A program made the translations under genes and the position numbers. This document shows, one piece after another, positions 19,896-30,513 of a DNA stretch of 64,000 nucleotides; position 1 is the stretch's first letter, and every line of letters begins with the position of its first letter. The stretch is from Cyanobacteria bacterium auto_48_18 (lineage in GTDB: Bacteria > Cyanobacteriota > Vampirovibrionia > Obscuribacterales > Obscuribacteraceae): the NCBI GenBank assembly GCA_036170915.1, contig JAVHQC010000022.1, forward strand, positions 96,001-160,000, in the 5' to 3' direction. The notes under the pieces are model-generated. The model did no database searches. It was given only the letters and a program-made list of their open reading frames with translations, and was not told the origin of the DNA.

Positions 19896-22489
19896 ACTTC
19901 ACCCTTCAGCGCCAGAGCCAAAATCAAATTAGCCACCAGATAGAACACTGCCACAATTAGCAAACAGCTCGAAATTCCGGTGGTCAGGGTAATGCTGACG
20001 AAGGCCACTCCACCCAGGGCGTTGAAAGCCGAATTGACTGCCCACATCCAGGCCACTGCACTGCCGAAGCGTTTGCGCAAACAATTCATGGCTAGCGAGA
20101 CCGGCAAGCCGGTGCAGATAGACGAAAGTAAGGCCACGGTACCGCAAATAACTATTCGTGCTGGTTGTTCCAGGCCGAGTAATTGCTTGGTCAAAACCGG
20201 CACTCCAGCCCACAGTGCCAGCATTAAGGCCGCCAGGCCCACGCCTAAGACTATAAAAGTACGGCTATTCAGCTTGAGATATTGTGAGATGAAACTGCCG
20301 ATGGCGTAACCCGAAAGAACGCTGACCAATACCACCGATAGCGAGTAGGTCGGTCCTCCCACGAAAATGGTAAAGAGCTGAATGATGGTAGTTTCGTAAA
20401 GTAAAAAGGCAAAGCCGCATAGCGAGAAAAATATGGTGAAGGGCATGATGCGCATTGCAATCGCGCGGTTGTCGCGGCGCAGCAATGGCATAAAGACAAG
20501 AAGCAGTGCACCAAATAAGGTGGCGACAATTAATGAGACAGGAGTTGACGACCAGGGCGATGACATCAAGAAATTTTCAGCTTTGACTTGATGGTAAAAG
20601 TAAGGCTTATCGTCGATTACTGGCCAGATTGCTTCAGGATACGCATCGATTAATGCTGGTCTTTCTGCAGTAGTGGCGAAGCCCAATTGCTCGTAAATGG
20701 GCTCTATGCTTGAACCCTTTTTACCAGGGTCGAAAAGCATCACCTGCCCCGTGGCTTTAGTCCAACTGCGTAAGCGATCAAGTTCTTCTTCGGTGAATGG
20801 AGTTTTTTTCAACATCGAGTCGGTCCATTCTTGACCGCCCACCACGGCTACGTGTTTCCATGGCTCTTTGACACCCATGTCGTCCAGCACTTTCAAGTAT
20901 GTGGTGAACATGCGAATGCCTGTTTGTCGGGGCTTTTCGCGCCAGTGAGTCAGCGACACTATGCCGTTTGGTTTAAGCACACGCAGGTAGTCGCGCACGG
21001 CATCGGTGGTGTAAAGATAATTCTCTACCAGAGACATGCCACCGGTGGTAATGGCAGTCAGTGTATCGACTCCGCTGGCTTGAATGATGTCATAGCTATT
21101 GTCTGGCCTGGTGGTGCAGAAGTGCCTGGCCTCGCTGAGAAAGATATTGACCTTTGAGAGCGCGTCGCTTTTCAGCCAGGGAAAATAATGTTGTTCTGCG
21201 TCGTCGACTTTGCCTGTGAGTAAATTGAAAATTGACGGATTAACTTCAGCTACATCGATGGTTTTGGTCTTGAAGAATTTGGCAATCAGAATATCAATGC
21301 CGCCGCCGCCGCCGATTACCAGCGCCCGATCGCAATTATTTTCAGCCACATATGGGCTGGCCCAGAGTGCTTCGCCTAAATAATCTTCTTTGGCGATATT
21401 ACCTTCCACCTTAAATTGCCTGGTGTTAGCGCCGCCATCAAGCAAAACGTAGCGGCCATAAATGTCGCGCTCGTATGATTTGGGCGAAAGGCCATAGCGA
21501 TACTGGCGATTTTTTGAGGTGCGAGTTTGGGAAACATCGACTCTGGCGATGGCGTTCCAGTGAGTGCTGCGAATGCCACCGAAATCATTGACGAAAACTA
21601 TTTGGCCCCAGTCTTTCGATGAACGAATATCAAAGCCCCAGTTTTTAATTGCCCACTGCGGATAAGCCATGAGCACTGCGATGGCGCCCATTGCGGCCAC
21701 CCAATAGGGCGCGGCCTTGATTAAAGTTGATTGTCTATTAATGCCATTGTCGGCAGTGGCACTAGATTTACTGATATCAGATTCGCCTGCACCAGATGCA
21801 CTTGCGCCAGATTGACTCGCAGCCGATTCCACATTGGCATCGGCTGCGCGGTGATTAGCGGCGATGAAAAACGCCACTGAGGCTGCGATACCCAATAGAC
21901 AGGCCACGGCAATGGTGCCGTAACCGCCTACCCATTCCAGCGCCCAGGGGCAAAGCGACGCCCCTAAAGCTGCTGCCAACAAGTCGAAGAAATATATGAG
22001 AGCAACTGAGCGGCGGCTGGCTGACAGCGTCTGGCTGATGCAAAGTCCGGCCAAAAACATGGGCAAAGAAAAAGTAGCAAAATAAATGGGCTGGGCGAGA
22101 AAACGCTTCATCACGTCCAGGTCGCGCTGGTATGGATCCCATGGAAACCAGCAAAAGAACGGAATAGCCAGCGCTAGAAAAATTGCATAGAGGGCGGCTG
22201 CCTTCCACGCGGGGTTCCAGGCCTGACGACCTTGCGAAGGAAAAAGACGCGGCAACATATAAACGAAAGCGCCGGATGCTCCGAAGCTGAGAATGACCAT
22301 GCTGAGCACGGCATATGAAAGATGGTGAAAGATTTTGCAACCAAGAAATTTGGTCAGGCAAACTTCTACTAGTAAAGTAGATGCAGATATTGCGCAGAGG
22401 CCAACAATGACGGCCACACTTTCGGGCTTTGCATGCGCCGCTGGAGCCGCGGGCTCCGACGTTTGTTCTGGCAAAATAACCTCAGGCAT
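19892..22489 (-). CDS. Membrane-fused spermidine synthase-like / SAM-dependent methyltransferase
   Basis: TM bundles flank a soluble domain with WNAIARVDV, ALVIGGGGGID, VAEVNP, EARHF, YDII, ENYLYT and DDKPYF. Confidence 0.82.
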   Translation of the reverse strand: MPEVILPEQTSEPAAPAAHAKPESVAVIVGLCAISASTLLVEVCLTKFLGCKIFHHLSYAVLSMVILSFGASGAFVYMLPRLFPSQGRQAWNPAWKAAALYAIFLALAIPFFCWFPWDPYQRDLDVMKRFLAQPIYFATFSLPMFLAGLCISQTLSASRRSVALIYFFDLLAAALGASLCPWALEWVGGYGTIAVACLLGIAASVAFFIAANHRAADANVESAASQSGASASGAGESDISKSSATADNGINRQSTLIKAAPYWVAAMGAIAVLMAYPQWAIKNWGFDIRSSKDWGQIVFVNDFGGIRSTHWNAIARVDVSQTRTSKNRQYRYGLSPKSYERDIYGRYVLLDGGANTRQFKVEGNIAKEDYLGEALWASPYVAENNCDRALVIGGGGGIDILIAKFFKTKTIDVAEVNPSIFNLLTGKVDDAEQHYFPWLKSDALSKVNIFLSEARHFCTTRPDNSYDIIQASGVDTLTAITTGGMSLVENYLYTTDAVRDYLRVLKPNGIVSLTHWREKPRQTGIRMFTTYLKVLDDMGVKEPWKHVAVVGGQEWTDSMLKKTPFTEEELDRLRSWTKATGQVMLFDPGKKGSSIEPIYEQLGFATTAERPALIDAYPEAIWPVIDDKPYFYHQVKAENFLMSSPWSSTPVSLIVATLFGALLLVFMPLLRRDNRAIAMRIMPFTIFFSLCGFAFLLYETTIIQLFTIFVGGPTYSLSVVLVSVLSGYAIGSFISQYLKLNSRTFIVLGVGLAALMLALWAGVPVLTKQLLGLEQPARIVICGTVALLSSICTGLPVSLAMNCLRKRFGSAVAWMWAVNSAFNALGGVAFVSITLTTGISSCLLIVAVFYLVANLILALALKGEV

Positions 22490-22631
22490 TGGTAATAGTA
22501 ATGGCTAGCCATTGTACAGGTCTATACCAGGCTCGCGCTAGGCTCAGCTCGCGCTAACCTATGACCTCGACAGCCAAGGTTGCGTGACGCATTTTGAAAG
22601 AGCAGTCTAAGCTTTTCAACTGAAGCTGATT

Positions 22632-23108
22632 TTAGCCAACCATATTTAGTGCGGTGAGCACGCCAAAACCGTCAGGTCCTGGGTTAAAAGCATAGGGATT
22701 GCCGCCGGGAGCGCAATTTAAAACTTCAATTCTTGAAAGCGAGATTGGCTGGTCGTTTAAGTGTCGCTTGGTCGGTTTAGTCTGGCAATGGTAACGCACA
22801 AGCAGACGGCCGGTGTCGCTATGGCGCTGCACGCTATAAATATCTTCTGCATTTCCACCTTGCACAACCCGCACTGTCAGCATCTCTTGTGTGCCACTGG
22901 GGCTGTCGATAATTTCAAATTGTGCGTAAATTGTCGGCGCTAATCCGCTTGGGCTGTCGACTTTGTTCACCCTGTGGCGCAGGTTGAGAGTCTGCAGCCG
23001 GCGCGCGATGGTGAGCTGTGTTTCAAAAGGAAAAGCGATCATGAAATCGCGCACAGTTTTGCCGTCGCCACATTCGATTGCCTGCAGTAAATTCTCGATT
23101 TTCGCCAT
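22632..23108 (-). CDS. Hypothetical protein
   Basis: 158-aa ATG ORF filling the intergenic gap; no motif recognised. Confidence 0.55.
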   Translation of the reverse strand: MAKIENLLQAIECGDGKTVRDFMIAFPFETQLTIARRLQTLNLRHRVNKVDSPSGLAPTIYAQFEIIDSPSGTQEMLTVRVVQGGNAEDIYSVQRHSDTGRLLVRYHCQTKPTKRHLNDQPISLSRIEVLNCAPGGNPYAFNPGPDGFGVLTALNMVG

Positions 23109-23243
23109 CTGGTAAATGCCTCATCGCTGGGGATAGGCAAAGCTTACTTTCCACCCCATGAAAAGTTCGTGAAAGTCTTTTTGAAACTTTTTTGCACGCC
23201 GCACGTAGAAATAATTGAAGACAGTTTTACAGAAGGGGTGGCT

Positions 23244-23825
23244 ATGAATAACTTGAAATTGAGACCATCTGGAGGTGCGCGCGTCTTGAACTTTGCCATG
23301 AGCCTGGCTGCGATTTTTGCAGTGAGCCTGGCGTTGGGCGCAAACAATGCCGCCGACGCTCGCGGTTTTCATGCTCGAGGGTCAAAAGGTGCTGCTGGCG
23401 GCTACGCCCGTCAAGGTCAATATGGTCGCAGCGCCGGAGCGGCAGCGGTGGGTTATAACAGGGGCGCCGGTTTTCGCGCTGGTAGCTGGAACGGACCGAA
23501 CGGCGGCAGCCTTCAAAGCGCTGGTGGTGGTGCTTATAAACGTGGCGTGGGCGCTATGCGGGCCAGCAAATTTGCGTCTACCGGGCCAAATGGTGGCTCG
23601 GCCTCGGGCTACAGTAATAATGTCTACAACGCTCAAACCGGCACAGGCGTGCGCAACAGCGGCAAAGACATAAACACTGCTTCCGGCCAGTCTTATGGAT
23701 ATGACAGCAGCACCAGCTATACAAAAGGGCAGGGTGCAACTTCAACCATCGATACTCAAAACAAGGGCGATTATTCAATCGATTGGCAGAAAGGCAGCAA
23801 ACCAGTGGTGACACCGAGCCCCTGA
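23244..23825 (+). CDS. Secreted glycine-rich protein
   Basis: ATG 23244 after AAGGGGTG; signal peptide ending AADA; two GPNGG repeats; G/S/Y-rich. Confidence 0.75.
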   Translation: MNNLKLRPSGGARVLNFAMSLAAIFAVSLALGANNAADARGFHARGSKGAAGGYARQGQYGRSAGAAAVGYNRGAGFRAGSWNGPNGGSLQSAGGGAYKRGVGAMRASKFASTGPNGGSASGYSNNVYNAQTGTGVRNSGKDINTASGQSYGYDSSTSYTKGQGATSTIDTQNKGDYSIDWQKGSKPVVTPSP

Positions 23826-23847
23826 AGCTTTGGTTTATAGTATCTGC

Positions 23848-24384
23848 ATGAATGCTGTAGTTTTTGAAACTTCCCGCCTTTGTGCGCGCCCGTTTTTGCC
23901 AACTCAAGATGCTGACGAAGCGTTCTTAATTTACGGCGATGCTGAGGTGACCCATTTTATTAACATGGGTCAGGCCGACGCGTCGGTTGCTGTCACCAGA
24001 GCTCGCCTCGAGCGCTACGCTGCGGTGGAAGGTGGCCTTGGCGTTATGGCTTTAATCAAAAAAGATGACAGCATGATGGTAGGAACTATTTTAATTAAAC
24101 GATTGCCCGACGCCGAAAAACGGCCCACTGATGATTGGGAAGTAGGTTGGCATTTGCGCCGGTCGGCCTGGGGCGCCGGTTTCGCCACAGAGGCAGGAGC
24201 TGCGGCTTTGCGTTATGCATTTGCAAAGCTGGCTCTACCTGAAATTTATGCGGTAGTCGATGTCGATAATTTAGCTTCGCAAAAAGTGGTGAAACGGCTA
24301 AACATGCTGCATTTGGGCCGAACCGATAAATATTATGGTCAGACCCTTGAGCTTTATTGCGCTTTAAATACAGCGGTGATTTGA
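23848..24384 (+). CDS. GNAT N-acetyltransferase (RimJ/RimL family)
   Basis: ETSRLCARP, EVGWHL...WGAGFATEA, NLASQKV. Confidence 0.9.
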   Translation: MNAVVFETSRLCARPFLPTQDADEAFLIYGDAEVTHFINMGQADASVAVTRARLERYAAVEGGLGVMALIKKDDSMMVGTILIKRLPDAEKRPTDDWEVGWHLRRSAWGAGFATEAGAAALRYAFAKLALPEIYAVVDVDNLASQKVVKRLNMLHLGRTDKYYGQTLELYCALNTAVI

Positions 24385-24621
24385 TCAATTGCATTAAAAC
24401 TTTCCGTCGGCGGCAAATAGCAAATATCTGTCACGTAAAGTTCACGCCCTTGATATTAGATTGTCAATGTAGATTGAAGCCGTCTCAAATTGAGCGTTAA
24501 TTGGCTTGAGGAGACATGAATTGTTCCCTGGCGAACAGACACAGTGGGGCTTTCCCCCGACAATAAGAGCCCAGACTGGGTAAGATCGTAAGTAGGTTCG
24601 ACATCGCAAACGGCAGTTATA

Positions 24622-26421
24622 GTGGCAACAGACACCAAACAAGCTGAAAATCAGCAAACTAACGACAAAGTTCAGGTTAAAGACGCGCCGGTCGGAGAAG
24701 CTGCGCGTACTGAAGCAGTGCAGTCCTTTCAACCGCTGGTCAAAGATGCCAATGGTCCCGCCAATCCAATAACAGACAATGCCATGGGAATGGTCCCGCC
24801 GCCTTCAGACACGACCATGGTGGAATATTTTGACTCCAAGAAGCCGGGTGGCAAGACCGAAGGCAGACCAGACGACAATAATGGCGTCAAAAATGACGCA
24901 GGCGATAAGTCTTTAGATAAGCCAATCGGTTCTAAAGCCGAAGGCGCTTTAGAAGACTATAAAAAAACCATGATGCGCGCAGGCATGAGCGAAGAAGATG
25001 CCACCAAACTTTCGCGCGACACGCTCACTCGCTTAGAGAAAACCAACAAGATTTCTGAGGGCGCATTAGAAGGCACACCAGAACAACAATTGGCGCGCAT
25101 GAACAAAGCCATGAGCGATGTTCTCGATGGCACAGGCAAGCGCCCTGATGGTAAATTGGCTAACGGTCAAGATGATCCGTTAACAGCCCGCGATCGCCAA
25201 AATCTAGTCAAAGATTTAGCGGCAAGGCAAGCTGATCCCGAGAAGTATGTGAACCAGGGCAAACACATGACCTGCGTTCTCCAGTCTAATCAGAAGCAGC
25301 GCCTTGAAGGCGGCGATCCTGCCAAAGTGGCAGAGCAAATTGCTTCGGTAGTCAATACAGGCTCTGCAGAAATTACTGAAAAAGATGGCAAAACCAGAAC
25401 TGTTAATGTTGACTCGCGCAGCTTTGCTCCTGATCAAGAATCGAGTCAAGACGTCAATTTAAAAGCTGGCGAAAATAAGCGCGGCATGGCAGGTCATGTC
25501 TATGACGCTCTATCTGGTCAAGCTGTGGCTGATTTACGCGCTGAACGAGAAGGCAAGCCAACTTCGGCTAACGGAATTGGCGAAGCCAGCTACGTTTATA
25601 TGGCCGCTCATGCCGATCAACTAGGAGCTAAGCCAGGCCAGACCAGTACCAACGAAGCTTTGCTTGCTAAGAAAAGCGATGGCAGCTATAAAGTTCTACA
25701 CGATTCTCCAGGGGTAAATAGTGTTTGGGAAATGGCTCATTTGAGTAAAGCCATGGGTGGAGAAAACGGTGCTGTTTTCGCTAACGCTGGCACAGTTCGA
25801 GACGGTGTGCCTCCTAAAGGTATGGGTTTCCCTCCAGATATGCGCATTACTTCTTTTGCTAACGCCGAAGATCTGACCAAAAAACTAGGAGACTACCAGC
25901 AGAAGACTGGTCAGTCTGCTCAAATTCTCGTTAACGCGCCTTTCTTACCTGGCGGCGGAGAGAACGGACACGGCCTTCATGCCATGAACGTTAAATTGGG
26001 TGCTAATGGCAAATTTGATTTAGACAACAACTGGGGCAATAAGTCAGACCTTGCCTCCGCATCTGGTGCGGTATTAGAAAAGGCAACCGATCCTGCAAAA
26101 TGGAATGCTAAGACTGCTGAAGGCAGAGCAGAGCCCAAGCCGACCGATCGTACCGAGATTCGCCCCGGCAGCGGCCGCAACCCCAACGAAAGTCAGGAAG
26201 ACTATCAGGCGCGCTTGCTCGAAGATCAGAAACGCGAGAAAGAAAAAGAGAAAGAAGAAGATCCCGGCAAAGAGCTGCTCAAGAAAAACGAGAAGGATGC
26301 CCAGGCCGCAGAAGAAAGATATCAAACCGAACTGCAAATTTGGAACGCCGAGAAAGCTCGAGCCGAAGCTGCTAAACCCGGAGATATATTTGTTAAGCCA
26401 CCACCTCGCCGCCCGCAGTGA
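24622..26421 (+). CDS. Hypothetical protein with papain-like cysteine peptidase motifs
   Basis: NQGKHMTC (Q212/C218), HAMNV (H453), DNNWG (N469/W471); no signal peptide. Confidence 0.65.
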   Translation: MATDTKQAENQQTNDKVQVKDAPVGEAARTEAVQSFQPLVKDANGPANPITDNAMGMVPPPSDTTMVEYFDSKKPGGKTEGRPDDNNGVKNDAGDKSLDKPIGSKAEGALEDYKKTMMRAGMSEEDATKLSRDTLTRLEKTNKISEGALEGTPEQQLARMNKAMSDVLDGTGKRPDGKLANGQDDPLTARDRQNLVKDLAARQADPEKYVNQGKHMTCVLQSNQKQRLEGGDPAKVAEQIASVVNTGSAEITEKDGKTRTVNVDSRSFAPDQESSQDVNLKAGENKRGMAGHVYDALSGQAVADLRAEREGKPTSANGIGEASYVYMAAHADQLGAKPGQTSTNEALLAKKSDGSYKVLHDSPGVNSVWEMAHLSKAMGGENGAVFANAGTVRDGVPPKGMGFPPDMRITSFANAEDLTKKLGDYQQKTGQSAQILVNAPFLPGGGENGHGLHAMNVKLGANGKFDLDNNWGNKSDLASASGAVLEKATDPAKWNAKTAEGRAEPKPTDRTEIRPGSGRNPNESQEDYQARLLEDQKREKEKEKEEDPGKELLKKNEKDAQAAEERYQTELQIWNAEKARAEAAKPGDIFVKPPPRRPQ

Positions 26422-26425
26422 GTAA

Positions 26426-27061
26426 ATGCTGCTTAAAAAAATTGGCGTAATCAAAGAAATGCTTTTGCCTGCTGAATTTGTGCAAGGCGAGCAAGAATTT
26501 GGTGGCATGGGAAATAACTGGCGGTTGATTCACTATCCGCGCAAGTTTAAAAACGAGTCGCCGTCACCGGTGCAATTGATAGTCTATTATCGCGGTAGCC
26601 CACCATTAAAGGCTAATGGTGAAGCTTTCCGAGTTATGCTCAGTCAGTCGCCGAAAATATTGTTCGAGCAAGGTGATGCTCAAGACGCCAGTGCGGTAAC
26701 CAGTATGCTGAAAAATCTTGGTGCTGCTCTGGGCAGTGCCTCAGACAATCAGCTCGTCAATCATAAGCCAGGCCTGCACGGACCACTTTTTTATTTACAA
26801 AAACTAGCGGTGGCGCAAGTAAATAAGCGCAGCGTATTAGCCATTAGTGGAGTTTTTCATCGCAGTGGCGCCACGCCTGATGAATTTCAATTTGAGGGCA
26901 GCACTAATTACTCGCACGCATTATTGTTCGATGCTGCTCCCGGTAACGAGCCCTGTCGCATAGAAGAAATTGTCTTGCAAGCTGATTCAGCAGAGTTGCT
27001 GGCCACATATATGCCTTTGCTGGATAGGGCACTAAATACGGTGCGCTGGGCTGACCGCTAG
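26426..27061 (+). CDS. Hypothetical protein, coupled partner of the upstream gene
   Basis: 211-aa ORF 4 bp after the upstream stop; YYRG, VNKRSVL.ISG, IEEIVLQA. Confidence 0.75.
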   Translation: MLLKKIGVIKEMLLPAEFVQGEQEFGGMGNNWRLIHYPRKFKNESPSPVQLIVYYRGSPPLKANGEAFRVMLSQSPKILFEQGDAQDASAVTSMLKNLGAALGSASDNQLVNHKPGLHGPLFYLQKLAVAQVNKRSVLAISGVFHRSGATPDEFQFEGSTNYSHALLFDAAPGNEPCRIEEIVLQADSAELLATYMPLLDRALNTVRWADR

Positions 27062-28692
27062 TGTTTTGCCGCCTGATCATTGCGTTCGTTTTTCGGATCG
27101 CGAGTGTTGAGCAACAGATCCGCGCTCTCCGGGCTGCTGTCGAGAGCCTTTTTCAGCGACGGTAGTGATTTATTGCCGGCGCCCACATTGAGACCATCGA
27201 AGCCTACTTCCATGGCTTCGCTGGCGGTCAGTTTCAAACCTTCCAGATGCTTCATGGCTTCTTCAGCATCTTTTTTGTTATGAGTCTTTTTGGCAATTTC
27301 CATCAAACAGAGCCATGGTTCGCTTTTGTGCGGAATTTTTGCCGTGAGCTGCCGGGCCAATATTTTAGCTTCACTATATCGCTCGGCGCTGTACAGCCCT
27401 GCCATATAATCGAGATCAATATCTACCTGGTGAGGAAATTTCTTCTTTGCTTCTTTCAGCAGAGCAAAACCTTCATCGTATTTTTTAAAACACATCAGTG
27501 CCCAGGCCATTGCCGATATGGCATTAAGGTTGCCTGGCGCTTGTTGATACATTTGTTTGGCCAGGGCCATAGCTTGATCATTTTTACTGATGAGAAAATC
27601 GAGGCGCACGAGAATGCCCTGAATTCTTAGCTTCTGTTCGGCACTCTGCGCCAGTTCAGCGCTCTTTTGCAAATATGGCTCTGCTTCTTTTGGCTTATCG
27701 GCGTTAATTAGGGCGATTGCCAAGGCACTGTTGTTGGTGGCACTGCGTGGATTAAATCCGCAGGCAATGCGAGCGCAACGCAAGCTTTCATCCATTTTTC
27801 GTTCAGTGCAATAATATTGGGCTAGTTCAAGCCAGGCCAGCTCGCTTGTAGGTTTGACTACGGTGGCCTGCTTAAGTAGTGCTTCTTGTTGCGGCAAATG
27901 TCCTTCAGCCTGTGCTATTTTTGCCAGGCCCAAATAAGGCTCAACAATTTTAGGAAAGTTCTTTTTTATTTCGTTATAGACACCTTTTGCCTGAGCGACT
28001 TTACCTTGAGCGAGATAAATATTGGCCAGATCTATTCTGTACGAAACCTTTGCAGGAAACGTTTTGATGGCACTTTGTAAAACCAGAGACGCTTCTGCAT
28101 AACGTTTTTCGCGCCAGAGCAGATGGCTTAAAATCCTTAAGGCACCATCGTTTTTGGCATCTAGTTCAACTGCCCGGCGTAGATTTTTTTCAGCGCTCTG
28201 GCACTGATTGGTATCACGGTTTTTAGTGGTGGCAAGATATTGATTCCAGCCTAAATAGTAAAAGGCCTCGGCTAAATTTGGCGAGAGTTTGAGGGCTTTA
28301 TTGCAGGCTTCGATGGCAGAAGCATAACGATGGCAGGCCTGGTCTATTTTTGCCCTGGTCAGATAGCACTGAGCGTTCTCGGGCTCTAGTTGAATGGCGC
28401 TTTTAACGTATGCATAAGACAGTTGTGCTTTACCCTGGTGGCGGCTTACGCGGCTCAATCCGAGCAGTGCCGGTACACATTTTTCATTGGCTTGCAAGGC
28501 CTGACGAAAGAGTGGCTCAGCTTCTTTGAATTTGAAAACTTTGCAGTGTTCCTCTCCCTTCGCCACCAGAGCCGCAACCTCCGACGTCGATTGGCTCTTG
28601 TTCTGTGCGTAAATTGGCGTTACAAAAAAGCTGAGGGCGAGCGCTAGCACCATGGCTAGTTTGACTTTGCGATTGGCGCTGACAAGGCTCAT
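27058..28692 (-). CDS. Secreted TPR-repeat protein
   Basis: Signal peptide (..IYA); repeated A...A....P helical pairs (ALKLSPNLAEAFYYLG). Confidence 0.9.
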   Translation of the reverse strand: MSLVSANRKVKLAMVLALALSFFVTPIYAQNKSQSTSEVAALVAKGEEHCKVFKFKEAEPLFRQALQANEKCVPALLGLSRVSRHQGKAQLSYAYVKSAIQLEPENAQCYLTRAKIDQACHRYASAIEACNKALKLSPNLAEAFYYLGWNQYLATTKNRDTNQCQSAEKNLRRAVELDAKNDGALRILSHLLWREKRYAEASLVLQSAIKTFPAKVSYRIDLANIYLAQGKVAQAKGVYNEIKKNFPKIVEPYLGLAKIAQAEGHLPQQEALLKQATVVKPTSELAWLELAQYYCTERKMDESLRCARIACGFNPRSATNNSALAIALINADKPKEAEPYLQKSAELAQSAEQKLRIQGILVRLDFLISKNDQAMALAKQMYQQAPGNLNAISAMAWALMCFKKYDEGFALLKEAKKKFPHQVDIDLDYMAGLYSAERYSEAKILARQLTAKIPHKSEPWLCLMEIAKKTHNKKDAEEAMKHLEGLKLTASEAMEVGFDGLNVGAGNKSLPSLKKALDSSPESADLLLNTRDPKNERNDQAAKH

Positions 28693-28743
28693 AATTTTAG
28701 TGCCACCGCATTTAGTTTATGGTGCCGCCACTATTTGCTTTCG

Positions 28744-29418
28744 CTATTTGTCTTCGATCAAATAACCTGAACCGAGCACCGTTTTGATCAATTCTTCTTT
28801 ACCTACGGTGGCCAGCTGGCGCCGCAAAGTTTTCATGCAAGTACGCACCGTGTCTTCAGAAGCTTCGCTTTCAGACGGCCAGACGGCATCGAGCAAAGCT
28901 TTGGCGCCAAATGGACGATTGGGGTGACGCATCAAATATTCCAGCAGTGAGCACTGTTTGGGCATCAAGTGCACGCTTTGACCCCCCACTGTGACAGTGC
29001 GGTTTTCAAGTTCTAATGCCACTCCTTGAATTTGCAGCTGGGTGGGTAAAATGCCTTTTGGCCGGCGCAGCAGACTGCGCACGCGGGCCGAGAGCTCTCT
29101 GACATCGAAAGGTTTGACCAGATAATCATCGCCGCCCGAATCGAGCCCCTCTTCGCGGCTCGAAATATCACCTTTGCCGGTTAGAAACATAATTGGTGAC
29201 TGGCCACCGGCTTTGCGGTACTGGCGGCAGACATCCACCCCTGTCACACCTGGTAGGCCCCAATCGAGCACGATCACGTCAAATTCGAAGCTGCTCAGCA
29301 TCTGTAATGCGTCTTCACCGCTATTGACCACCTCTAAAGTGTGATTCTCTAGTGTGAACCAGTCTTCCAGCCTTTCGGCCAGTTCTGAATCATCTTCAAC
29401 GAGCAATATTTTTGCCAT
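28744..29418 (-). CDS. OmpR/PhoB family response regulator
   Basis: ILLVEDD, VLDWGLP, DDYLVKPF, winged-helix IKTVLGSGY. Confidence 0.95.
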   Translation of the reverse strand: MAKILLVEDDSELAERLEDWFTLENHTLEVVNSGEDALQMLSSFEFDVIVLDWGLPGVTGVDVCRQYRKAGGQSPIMFLTGKGDISSREEGLDSGGDDYLVKPFDVRELSARVRSLLRRPKGILPTQLQIQGVALELENRTVTVGGQSVHLMPKQCSLLEYLMRHPNRPFGAKALLDAVWPSESEASEDTVRTCMKTLRRQLATVGKEELIKTVLGSGYLIEDK

Positions 29419-29529
29419 GTCGCCTGTGCAGTTTGGTGATCGCCGAACTATTATGGTACTCGAATAACTTCATGTGGCTATATCCCCATTCGGGCTGAGA
29501 TAAAAACAAAATTCGCCGGGGTTAGAATT

Positions 29530-30498
29530 TTGAAGAATCACTTAACTCTGTTTGCCCTGTCTGTTGGCTTGTTTGCGCTCATTGCCGCTACAAATTATTT
29601 TGTCTGCGGCGTTTGCGCCAGAGGGCAAATTCAGTCAGATAAAATTCGCGTTCTGGACTTTCCTGGCAAGCGACCCCTTGGCCATCTTTTTCTGTTAGCT
29701 CCCCACTGGCGGGTCAAGGGAGGTAAAGGAGCTCAGTCCATTGGTCCGGCGACGGGCACAGTTAAGGTTTTGCCGGGACAGACACTAATGTTTGTCGCCA
29801 ATGATTTGACCAGCGCCAACATGGCCATGTTCCGTGGCTTTCCTGCTGACGCCATCGGCTATCTCGATTTAAAATCACTCTCGATTTCTGATACCCAGGT
29901 GGAGTGTTTAGCCGGTTTAACTGGTTTGCGACGGCTGGAATTGAGTCAGACAGACGTAACCGACATTGGTATTGCCAAATTGGCCCCTTTGAAAAATCTG
30001 GAATATCTTGCCATTTCGCGCACCCTGGTGAGAGGTAAGTGTTTTGCCATGCTGCGCAACTTCCCCTATTTGCGCACCTTTCATTTTGATGGCGACGCTG
30101 TTAGTGCTCATGATTGTAAGCAATTGGCGAAATGCCGCACCATTAGAGGCATTAGTGCCGGTCGCTGTCATTTGACGAATGCTGCGCTCTTGGAGCTCTG
30201 TAGTATGTCTGAACTTCAATCTCTATGTCTTCCTGATAACCGCGAACTCACTGATAGCGGTATCAAAAAAGTTTTGGCCTTGAAAAATCTTCAGCGTCTT
30301 GACGTTGCTGGTACCAAGGTGACTGATGATGGTCTCGCCGCGCTGAGCGGACTTAAACTACAATGGCTGAGGTTGAACAGCAAATATAACGATGTTAGAG
30401 TCAAACACCGATTGAGAATGTGCTTTCCTGGAGTTAAATTGGTTTTCGAGCATGGTAATGAAAAAATACCGCTTGAAGTTTTTGCACCGCTGCATTGA
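29530..30498 (+). CDS. Secreted/anchored leucine-rich-repeat protein
   Basis: Hydrophobic N-terminus, FP...LG cap, LxxLxLxxTxVTDxG repeats, ends PLEVFAPLH. Confidence 0.85.
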   Translation: MKNHLTLFALSVGLFALIAATNYFVCGVCARGQIQSDKIRVLDFPGKRPLGHLFLLAPHWRVKGGKGAQSIGPATGTVKVLPGQTLMFVANDLTSANMAMFRGFPADAIGYLDLKSLSISDTQVECLAGLTGLRRLELSQTDVTDIGIAKLAPLKNLEYLAISRTLVRGKCFAMLRNFPYLRTFHFDGDAVSAHDCKQLAKCRTIRGISAGRCHLTNAALLELCSMSELQSLCLPDNRELTDSGIKKVLALKNLQRLDVAGTKVTDDGLAALSGLKLQWLRLNSKYNDVRVKHRLRMCFPGVKLVFEHGNEKIPLEVFAPLH

Positions 30499-30513
30499 CC
30501 TCTCTGCCAAATA

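Noticed and set aside
22529..22556. GCTCGCGCTA repeated twice upstream of the methyltransferase
   Set aside because: Two 10-bp copies are too little to call a binding site
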